NCBI GenBank assembly: GCA_010093815.1
Contig: ML996596.1
From: Pseudovirgaria hyperparasitica
Lineage: Eukaryota
DNA length: 64,000 nt
Direction: 5' to 3' (one strand)
This document shows positions 13,176 through 24,900 of this stretch, piece after piece. Within the stretch, counting starts at the first letter, position 1. The number at the start of each line of letters is the position of its first letter. Made by a program: the position numbers and the translations under genes. Below the pieces are notes generated by a model that saw only the letters and a list, made by a program, of their open reading frames with translations, was not told the origin of the DNA and ran no database searches.

Positions 13176-15723
13176 GTTTAGAGTTAGATAACTTCTATAG
13201 ATTCGACGTGCCCTATACTATTAGGCCCTGCTCCTATTTTCGCCTTATCTTATCCCCTCTAGACTTATACCTCCGGCTCTACTAGGAGAGGTGACCGAAG
13301 CCTCTCCTAGCTAGGTAACTACGAGGTTTACTCCTTAAACTCATGATACTAGCGTACGTGCCTTGTAGATGACACGTTCTATCTCTTTATAAATTAATAC
13401 GCGCATCCGTTCTCTCGGGCCATATAGTAGTCTCTCTAGCTAGAATATAATTCTATCTACTTCTAGATATACTAAGGGTTAGAGCCTATTAAAGGGGTAA
13501 GGTCCTTAGAGCTAGTAGTTACTACTATATACCACGCCCCGCCTTTAAGTATTACTACTTTTCGGTTTCGCGTTACCTATAAGGATCTCTCTATAATAGA
13601 CCGACCGTGTCTTATAGGAGAGTATCCTCTAAATCCCTTACGTATATACGCCTAGGCGACTTAGGTATTCTCTTCCTACTAACCCGACTTGTTTCTACTA
13701 CTCTTAAAGGGTCCCTATAGCTGCCTCCTATCTATGTCTATGTACTATTATCTATATGCTCTAGTATCCCACCTTCTACGGTAGACTATAACATCTCTCA
13801 TACGCGGGAGCTACTCTACCTATTAGTAGTAAAGTAGTATCTTATATCGAGCGAAAGGTCTTAATAGAGTCGTGCTACTAGTAGTCGTACTAGGCGGCTT
13901 AATAAATGTAGTTTAACACTATAGGAGAGTTAGCTTTAATAAGTTCTTCTAGTAGTAGTTTCTTAGTTACCCTCGACGTGTTCCTTACGTTCCTAGAGCC
14001 GTTTAAGCCTCGAGGTGTCCTATCGCGCTACTAGGACCTCCGCTTCCTCTACCTAGTTAGTAAGATAGATTCAGGCCTACTTTCGACATAGTAGTAGCGC
14101 GTTAGATGGTTTTCTTATCCCTTTATCCTCGTGAACTTCTCTTAACGCGTTAATTAGGGATAGGATAGAAGTATATACTTCCCTAGCTGGGTTATGTTAG
14201 CGTGGTTTAGTAAGGTAGACGCTCCGTGAAAACTCTTTAACCATCTATCTAGCGACGACTAGGTTACCATTAACGCCGCTCCGAACCTCTTACTACCTCT
14301 ATAGAGGCATTGCCTAGCTACGACGACGTGGACGCGGTTCGTGAGGCTTCGTAGCCACTATTATATATATTATAATAAGGTATACCCTTAATAAATATAG
14401 TAGTAGGCGGGCGCTAAACTCGTTCTTTAGTCGCTATAGATTCGTATACTCTCTACTAATACTAGGTATATATATATACCTTTATCTAATTACGTACTAA
14501 ATTATATAGAGAAATAGTAAGCGCTAAGTCTAATATAGTTAAACTAGGTACTCTACTATATTAACTATATTTAAAAATTACTAATAGTATTAGTATTTAT
14601 AGTACTAATACTAATTAACCTAGATACTATATATATAAATCTATATAAAGATAATCTAGATAACTTCTCTAAAGTAGATATAGATAACTTAGATAAGAGT
14701 AAGAAGTCTAAGCTATCGGGTAATATAAGTATATACTAAAGTTATAGAAACTATATATATACTAACTACTATAAAAAGAATAAGTTAGATACTCTAAACT
14801 AGTTAGATAAGTACCTCGAATTATCTTATATACTATTAGATATAGATAAGAGTTCTATACTACTAGTAGTAGCTATAGATAAGATTATACTATCTTAGGT
14901 ATTAAGTATAGACCCGCTCTAAGTAACCACGGGAATAGTAAATAATAGTATATATATATATATATAGTATAAATAAGTCTATTACTAACTTATTATCCCT
15001 AGTTATAGCTACCTTAACTAGTAGTCTATCTACCCTAACCGATACTTAAATTAAAATAAAGTTAGATAGTAGCGGACGTTTAAGTTAGGTCTTTACTCTA
15101 TATATAAAGAGTAAATACTTTTAAGAGAAGTCGGATATTAGTATATAACTAGAGAACTATATAGACTACCACGAGGCCAAATAGATAATATAAGAGAGAA
15201 TAAAAATAGTAACTAGAAATATAGAGGGAAGTATCTAGTAGAAGAAAAGGTTATTAAAGGTAGTTCTAGATAAGAATACCTTTTAATAGATAAAGGACAC
15301 CGCCTAAAGATAGAAGAAAGGAAGATCTACTATATTTTATTATAGCTATATAGTTAGAGAGAGCTTAGAATAGTACTATTTAATTTAAGTTCCTAGTCTA
15401 ATTAATTTTAAACCTCTACTCTCTATTATATACTATCTTTCTAGTATTAAATTTAAAGACTATAATTAAATATACTAAAGATATAATTTAGAATAATAAG
15501 ATATATAGAGTTATAGAAATACTTTAGATAAAGATATTACTTTAGAAAAGAGACTTCTATTAAAATAGATAGAGTATATAGAGTAGATAGAGTAGATAGA
15601 GTAGATAGAGAAGCTAAAATACTAGATACTATTTATTCTATAAGAGTTATTAGTATATAGTAAATAAGTAGTACTAGTAAGCTAATTAGTATTAAGGAAA
15701 TAACTAGTACTAATTATTCCGTT

Positions 15724-15912
15724 AGTATAAATAGTACGTTCGATATAAACGGGACGTTTAGTATAACTAGTACGTTTAGTATAAACGGGACGTTTAGTAT
15801 AACTAGTATATTTAGTATAAACGGGACGTTTAGTATAAATAGAACGTTCGGTATAAATAGAATGTTTAGTATAAACGGGACGTTCGGTATAAACGGAATA
15901 CTTAGTATAAAT
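15724..15912 (+). repeat. 18-bp tandem repeat, ~10.5 units, consensus (a/g)gtataaacgggacgtt(t/c)
   Basis: Units read directly at 18-bp spacing from 15724. Confidence 0.9.
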
Positions 15913-17139
15913 TATATAAAGCCGTCCTATTAGAATAGATAGTAAGTAGATCCGTCTAATAAATATAATAGAATAAAAGAATACTTAGAGAGTACTTAGG
16001 AGTACTTAGAAGCGCTATATCTTTCCTAATATACTATACCTTTATAATCTTAATCCCTAGATATTTTTACTTATTAGCTTATTCTATATATAAAAGATTC
16101 TCTATACTAATAGTCTATCTCTATACTAGTACTACGTATATCTATATTAGATATATAGCTACTTAGATAGACGCGCTAGGGAAGATATTATCTATTACGT
16201 TTAGGTTACGTAAGATATTTTACTATACTATATTAGTTATAGTAGTAAGTACTATCTCTTTTAGTATAACTTTAGTAGCTATAATATTTAACTATATTCC
16301 CTTCTATTTATTAATCTTATTTATAATTTCCTTTAGGGATACTTATTAGACCTATATAAGGGTATCTCTATTCTAGATTATAATATATATACTATATACT
16401 CTATCTATAATTCTAGCCGTTCTTAGGGCGGTAGCTCTAGATATAGCTATAATCTATATCTATATATTAGAGTACTTATCTTAGGATAGCTCTTTCTAAA
16501 TCCGTCGTAAGCTAGTCTCTATTCTATTAAATCTATTATCTAGTTCTCTTTATAGTAACTTCTATAGTAATCTTCTCTCTTCCTCTATAAGTTCTCTTAG
16601 ATTCTAGATAAGGTTCTAGAATATATAGAGGAGGGTCTTCTTCCCTTCCTCTATATCTTTCTCTATATATATTATCTAGTATTTAATTTTATCTATAAGG
16701 GTCTCCCCTCTTAGAGTCCCCTTAGACTTAGTTATCTATAGTATCTCTTATTCTTAGTTAGTTTCTATATTTTAGATAGGTATTTAACTATCTATATTAA
16801 TATTACTATATAGCCGTTTCTATTATACTAGTAGAGGTATTTCTAGTATATACTAGGGTATAGCTATATCTAAGGCCGCTATAGTTATTAGTTAAGAGCT
16901 ACCCTTAACTAATAAAAGGGGTTTAGTATATTAGCGTTTATTAGATATAGTCTATACTTATATTATTAAGGAGTCTTCGAGCGTATATATATAGCTTCTT
17001 TACTAGGGTAGCCTACGGCCGGTAGACTATAAGTAGCCTAGAAATTCAATCTACTTTCCTAGGGTATAGATACTCTTTAGTCTATCTAATCTACTAATTA
17101 ATAGTTTAGATTATATATTAGTATATATACTACTTTATA

Positions 17140-17558
17140 TATTACTCTATATATTAACTCTATATTAACTCTCTATTAACTCTCTATTAACTCTCTATTA
17201 ACTCTCTATTAACTCTCTATTAACTCTCTATTAACTCTCTATTAATTCTCTATTAATTATCTATTAACTCTCTATTAACTCTCTATTAATTCTCTATTAA
17301 TTCTCTATTAACTATCTATTAAGTCTCTATTAACTATCTATTAAGTCTCTATTAACTCTATATTAACTCTCTATTAACTCTCTATTAAGTCTATATTAAT
17401 TCTATATTAACTTTCTATTAACTCTCTATTAAGTCTATATTAATTCTTTATTAACTCTCTATTAGTAAAACTATATTAATTCTCTATTAACTATCTATTA
17501 AATCTCTATTAACTCTCTATTAACTCTATATTAATTCTCTATTAACTCTCTATTAATT
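17140..17558. repeat. 11-bp minisatellite (ctctattaact)n, roughly 38 units
   Basis: Array visible directly in the sequence. Confidence 0.93.
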
Positions 17559-17902
17559 TAAAGATAGTATTATTTATTTTCTAATATTTTCTTCTATATT
17601 CTTTCTTACTTTCTACTCTATATATTATTCTATACTATCTTCTATCTACTTTATTATAGAGAATATATAAAGTCTATTTTAAGTTCTAAGAAGTAGATAT
17701 CTATTATATATTATTCTAATTAAAAATAAAGTAAAAGAAAAATATTAGAGTTAGAAGAATTATCTTTAGATAAGGATTAGTCTTAGAGTTTTAGATAAGA
17801 ATTAGTCTTAGAAGCTTAGATAGAATAATCTTAGAGTCTTAGATAGAGTAGTCTTAGAGTCTTAGATAGAGAAGATAGGTTATAGAATTAATATAAAACT
17901 AC

Positions 17903-17982
17903 TATACGGTTAAGAATCGAACCCTTAACCTTTCTATTACTTTCTATTACTATCTATACTATATACTACTATACTATCTATC
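17903..17982 (-). pseudogene. tRNA-like / Pol III promoter relic
   Basis: B box GGTTCGATTC (17923-17914) in a T-arm-like context. A-box-like TAGTATAGTAGT (17976-17965), revertible to TGGTGTAGTGGT. Confidence 0.45.
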
Positions 17983-18925
17983 TAAGTTCTAAGGAGTCTT
18001 ACTTCTAGAGTAAATAAACCCTTTCTACTTATACTTAAAACTCTATTTTTATCCTTAAATATAGTACTATATATACTAAAAAGTATATAGAATTACTCGC
18101 CGTAAAGAGATCTATAAGAGAGTTTACTTAGAATTCTTAATTAGGCCGTGGGTAATTTATTACGTTATAAAATGTAGATTATTTATCGTGGTTTAGGCGT
18201 AGAGAGAGAGTAACATCTAAGGTACTAAGGTACGTTTAAGGCCCTAAGGCACGCCGGAAAATCCACGGCAAAGTTAAATTTTTAAACCTACTACTAAACG
18301 CGATACTAGAGGCTTATAAACCTATCTTATCTATAAGTATAGCTCTATAGAGGGTAAAAAGTATATAAAAATACTTATTATAGGTAGAGCTATAAAACTA
18401 GGGACTAGACTTTTAAATTAGACCCTAGTTAATTTAATATATAGTAAAAGGTAGTTTTTTAGTTATGGTTTTAGTAAGGGCGCTAGCGGGAACTTATATC
18501 TTTTTATAAGATTCTATAGAAATATATTAGTATTATTATATACTATATACTATATATACGTACGTGTATTAGAGGTTATTATACTTAGTATACTCTATTA
18601 TATAATATATATAAATTACTATTTTACCCTAAATTAACTAGTTTAGTCCATTAGAATATAAGAAGTTTTTTTTAATATATATTTATATAGATAGATACGC
18701 TAGAAAAGATATTATTTATTTTATTTAGGTCGTAGAAGATAGTCTACTAGACTATATTTCTAGTAGTAGTTAGTACTATACCTTCTAGAGTAAGTTTAGC
18801 TATAACTATATTTAACTATATTTCTTTCTATTTATTAATTTTATTAATAATATTCTTTAGAGATATCTACTAGACTTATATAAGTACTTTCTTATTCTAA
18901 ATAGTAACTTTATACTATATACTTC

Positions 18926-21900
18926 AAAAAAACTTCTCACACCCCAACGGACCAAACTAGTTAATTCGGGGCAAAACAGCGATTTACATACATTAAACGA
19001 TAGAGTATACCGAGTATAATAACCTCCGACACACGTACGTACGTACAGCGTATAATACGCGACGATACTAACGTATAGAGACACTATATATATACGCTCG
19101 AAGACTCTTCGATAATATAAGCATAGACCATATCTAATAAACGCCGACACGCCGACCCCCTTTTATTAGTTAAGGGCTACCCTTAACTAATAATTATAGC
19201 GGCCTTAGGCACCGACGTACCCCGGCTTCTACCGGGTATACCCCTAACACTAGTACGGTAGAAACGGCCATATAGCGGCATATCCTAGGACGATTAAACC
19301 CCCGTCTAATAAACGACAAATAACTAAGGGCGTATAACGCCATAGATAATAGAGACGGAGGGGACCCCGCCCGGGGAGACCCTCCCGGATAAGATTAACT
19401 ACTAGGTAGCACGTGTAGAGAGGGAAGTTAAGAAGGGAGAAACGGCCCTCCTTAGTATCTTCCGGAACCTCATCTAGAATATTAGGGAGCTTACCATAGG
19501 AGTAAAATAGGCGCCGGAATTGGACCCGGAATCTAGACTAGATCGTATAGAGGCCAGCCTATAGAGGATCTAGGAGGGCCTCGCCTAGGGAAAACGCTCT
19601 AGTACGTAGGCATAGGTCGCCGCACCCATAAGCGGAACAGCCATATTAGCTAAAACACTAAGGGCACCCACGGACGGGGTATATAGTATATAAGTCGCTA
19701 TTTAGGATAAAGAAGTACTCGTATAAGTCTAGTAAGCGTCCCTAAAGGATATTATAAATAAGATTAATAAATAGAAAGGGATATGGTTAAATATGGTAGC
19801 CGCTAAACTCACCCTAGGAGGTATAGTACTAACTACTACTACTAATACGGCCTAGTAGACTATCTCGCGCGACCCGAACGCAATTAATAACATCTTCCCT
19901 AGCGCGTCCGTCCGCGTAACCATGTACCTAATATAGGTATATACCGTCCCCGTCCGAGGACACGTTATTAGAGAAGATAATATCGAGCGAATAGAGTAAT
20001 CTAACGAACCGAAGTACCCCGGGATTAAGATCGCGAAGGCGTGGTAGAAGAACGTCCAAGGGATTAAGATAAAATTAAAAAAGCACTCTACTATAATAGT
20101 AGAGCTTAGAGACCCCGCTCTCGCCTATAGAATAATGTAGAAGGGCTTCCTAGCTAAAGGAGAGCTACTTACGGCGGAACTATAGGATAATAATAATAAT
20201 AATAATATTATATAACTAGGTAGAGTAGTACTCTATAGGTCTATGCCTCCTCTAGTCTAAGCCACTATATAAGAAGAAACCCCATAGAGAAAAACTTCCT
20301 TATATCTATAACTACATCTCGTTAAACCTCTATTTCGTCTTAAGTATATAGCTATAGGGTACGCCTATTAGCCTATAGCCTATATTACTATTATTTTACC
20401 CTTAGGTAGCACGTATAGGTACGGAGGTTATTAGTTAAGGGCAGCCCTTAACTAATAATCGGGGTTCTCCCGGGGTTCTTCCGGTATATATCGGGTTACT
20501 ACCGGCGTATACCGGGTCTCTTCCGATATATATTTCTAGGTCTACTAGTACTAGAGGAGTAGTAGATATATAAGTATCTATTAGGAGACGTCCTTAGGGT
20601 ACTTATTAAGCTATTATATAATATCTAAAGTCTTCGTAACGTAGATAAGCTATTACCATTATATATAGAGGTTAGGGCATATAGCTAGATAGTAGCGTAT
20701 TATACCTCTCCGGCCGCACGCCTTATACCATAGAGATACATCGGGGACGCCTCTCTTATAGAGGTAGTATAGGAGTCCCATGGCGCCCGTTCGGGCTTGG
20801 ATAAGTATAGATACTTAGGCTTTCGTTAGCCCTTTATACATCTATTTACTCGGTTCCTTCTATAGCCCTCGAATCTACTCTAGATACCTATTCTACTAGG
20901 AGGTCTAGTGGGCATAGAGTGCCTCTTTCTACTTATCTTAAGTCCACGACCGTATATTTTTCACGAGTTCTTAAAGGCTCTACCGGTCTAGGAGAGCGTC
21001 CGGGTTATCTTAGACTTCTTATACTACTTAGCTAGAGTCGGCTTCTATTAAGCACCTATACCGTATTCGATTCCGGCCTATATATAGGAGTACGCGGTAA
21101 TATATACTAATTCATACACGTAGCGCGGCGAAAGTATATTCTACGTTTCCTATACGTTCCTATACTTATTATTTAGTAAAGTATACCACCCTCTATATCT
21201 AGTAGAAGTTATATATACTTATAACATCTATCTCGCGTCGCAGTAGCACCGTATTAGTAGCTTTATATACGCCTAATATAAGACGGAGTATACGGTTCTA
21301 TATAGATTCGAGCTTCATTCGCCTAGTCTATATAAGGGCCGTGTACTAGTACTCGTGTCCGTACGTAAAGGCGGGTCGTACTATAGATATATATAGCTAG
21401 CGTGCCTTATCCCGGGCGGTTCTCTATATAGAGACTATAATCCGTTATATAGCGGCTTCTACCCGGAGGGCCCTAGAGACGGCGTATACCACTTATAGTC
21501 CCTATTTAAGCTTACTATCTAGTATAACTCCGAGCGCGCGCATGCTTTATACTAGTAGTTCGTTAAATGCGTCGATTCGGGGGCATTGTTCGCCTTCCCT
21601 AGTTACCCATTTCCCTTAACGATTAATAAAGTGCATAAGCTAGTATTTCTCCGGGGCGAACTTTACTCCGTAGCGTTTTACCCACTAGAGGCACCTCTCA
21701 TGGTCCTATTCTAGTCTTCTACACGTTCGGTTAGTATTATTATTAATAGCTAGAAGATATATATTATCGGCGTATCCGACTACCTCTATATACTTTATTC
21801 CTTAAAGAAGGTCTACCGTAAAGAAGAGGAATAGGATCGGAGAGATGGTGCTCCCTTATGGGATGCCGTATACCGTCTCTTTATATTCGCTTTAGTATCT

Positions 21901-24900
21901 AGGGATATATATCTAAGTTATTCTTTCTATAAGGAATAACTATATAAAGCGTGTAATCTATTCTAGTATTCGTCTCATCCGGAGGTTATAAATAAGTCTT
22001 ATATAGTTTACCTTATTAAACGCTCCGGCCATATCGAGGGAGAGGAGTAATACTACCCGTCCCTACTTCTATACGGCCTAGACGACTTCAATAATATATT
22101 AGATAGCTATTATTAGGGAGCTATCTACCTTTGCCTTCTAGTTCGGAGGGAGGAGATTATATTCCTATACCGCGGTACTTATCTTCTTCGCTATTATAGC
22201 CTCTAGTATCTTATCTAGGTAGAAGAGAAGGGCGATTAGTCTCCATCCCTTTAGAGAGTTAGGGCTCTTTCCTAGTTTCGGGAGTATAATAGTATAGGCG
22301 ACTCGGAAGCACTAGGGGTGGTACCCCTATGTAACGCATGCTTAGAATATACGAGTAATAAGCGGTAGGGTCGCCTTTATAGTTCTTTTTAGGCATCGAT
22401 TTAGAATTCCATCTAGTCCGGGTGCTTTATTATTTAGAAGTATCTTAATAATATTAAGTATATCCTCCTCCGTAACTTCTTCGGGGATGTCTACTATATA
22501 TAGGTATTCGGCGTCGTAAACGTCTAATAGGTCTACTAGTTCCGGGAGAGGGAACATGGCCTCCCGTAGGGCCTTAGTTTTCTTAAGGCTCGTGGAGTAT
22601 GTTCTCCCCTAATATATTAGGGGAGGTATAAGTAGTAGGGGTATCGGAGTATCTACGCCTTTGGCCTATTTCGCCATGCGCCATAGCCCTATTATATATT
22701 ATGTCTATTAACTAGTAATTATACGCTACTATTTACGCCTTTCGTTACGGAGGACTTTATCACATTATTATATCGCTTCCTTCTATTCTTTCTACGACTC
22801 GGGTGTTCTCATACGGTATATATATCTATATAGCCTTCGGGCGTCTTATCTACTTTCCTATACTTAAGGAATCCCCTTTACTTCCGGGGGCTAGTATATT
22901 CGGTATAGTACGTGTTTATTTCTCGTATTCTAGTATATTTATAGGAGTGTCTATACGGCCTAGTCTATAGCTAGGTTATTAGATATATCGACTATAGAGG
23001 GATCTAAGATCGCCGATTCCAGGTCCTTCAGGTACTTTTCCTAGTCGGTGTCCTTCTATATCTATCGTCCCCGTTATTCATTCGGGGTATATACATTTAT
23101 TATAGTTTCTATATATTCGTGGTTAGAATCCGTCTATACCTAGCCTAGGCGGTAGTATTAGATCCGGTAACTAATATACTCCGTGGCGAAGGTAAGGTTA
23201 AGCGTGGACCCGTCTTCATCCTATTTATGTTTTTTCTATATAACTTATTCTATAGATATAAGTAGGTATAGGAAGTCGTGGTAGCGGGTGCGTAGTTCCC
23301 TTACTCTAAGTTCTTCCCTAACCACGGCTAGGCCTCCCTACTATCGGTAGTAGAGGTTAAAGTCTCCTAGGAGGATGTATTACCCTAGTTCCGTAGTACC
23401 CTCGAGCATCTCGTCTAGTATAAGTACACGTTATTAGTTATATATATTATATATATATAGGGGGCCTATATCTATTTATAGGTATAGTATTATCCTAAGG
23501 TTATCGCGCTCGGTGTACGACCATAATAAGAGTAGTATTAATCTATAAATATAGAAGAGGACTCGTCTTTCTAGTCCTAGAGGGTGTATAGTATAGTATC
23601 TGGGGTGTGTGGTTGGTTTACTCGTCTAGTAGTATTTATAGGGTTCCTAGATAGCGAGTATTATGGCCCCGGTCTCTTCGAGGAGCGTCACCTAGTTCTC
23701 TCTTTTATATTATATATTTACCTATATAATTTAGAGTATATTCTAGTCCCTTATTAGGTACTAGGGAGTATATATACCTATATACTTATTCCTCGGAGGC
23801 GCGACTATCCTCGCGCGGCAGCGGCTTTAACTATGCCTTTTAGTCGTCCTATTATCTTCGGGATAATCTACTATTCCGCCTAACTACCTTTCGGAGGGGA
23901 GGTTAGGGGTATTATAAAGAAAGGGCCCGAGATAGGTATTATATTCTATAACTATCTTACGCCTCTCGCTTTTATCGTGCGAATATATTCTATGACCTAT
24001 TTACGTTTTATACACGTTAACGACCACGACAGGTGTTTCCCGTCGTAGTTTAAACACTATACTATGTCCCTATTTCTTAGCCCTTCTCCTCGCGGTTTAT
24101 AAGGGTACTCCTAGATAGCGTAGTCCCTACGGTACTATCCGTACTTAGTCTTCTATAAGCACCTTTATATAGTATGTCCATACCCTTAGTAGTTAAAGCA
24201 CTATATTATTACCCATGCCCTATCCCATGGCTCGGCCATAAGGAGCTCTCCTTCTACTAGGAATCCCTCCTATATAATATATTATATAAGGGCGGGGTCT
24301 CGGAGCTCTATAATTATAGTAGAGTGTTTTTTCGCCGTCGTCTTAATCGCCTATAGGTTCTTCTACCACGCTTTCACGATCTTAATCCCTGGGTATTTTC
24401 GCGTGTTAGATTATTCTATACACGTAATATCCTCCGCTCCGATAGCCTATCCCCGCACGGGTACTAAGTATACCTATATTAGGTATATGGCCGCTCTAAT
24501 AGAGGCGTCTAGGAAGATACTACTAATCGCGTTTGGATCGCGCGAGATAGTCTACTACGCGATATTCGTTATCGTGGTAAGTACTACTCCTTCTAGCGTG
24601 AGTTTAGCGGCGACGATATTTAACTATATTCCCTTTTATTCGTTAATCTTACTTACTATATCCTTTGGGGATGCTCGCTAGACCTGTGCTAGGGTGTCCT
24701 TATCCTAGATTATAATATATATACTACACGCCACGTCACTGGTCCGGGGGGCCCGTGGTATAGCTTCCGGTGTTACTACTATTTATACCCATATACTAGG
24801 GCGCTTACCTTAAGTGAGTTCCTCCTAGATTCTACGTAGGCTAGCCTCCATTCGGTCGAGCCTACCCTCCGGTCCTCCTAGTTATGTCTTCTTCTCCTCC

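Larger units (their letters stand above)
17003..18522 (-). mobile_element. 1.5-kb non-autonomous insertion, possibly Helitron-like
   Basis: Inserted between A and T with no TSD. On the - strand it ends in CTAG preceded by an imperfect hairpin (tagcctac-ggccg-gtagacta, ~17009-17029). The 5' end reads TTTC rather than the canonical TC. Confidence 0.45.
16030..18672 (-). mobile_element. Old LINE 5' fragment (5' UTR + partial ORF1) interrupted at 17003-18522
   Basis: 16030-17002 and 18523-18672 join to match 60550-61690 (gcttcttta|tatattagtatt). Confidence 0.85.
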
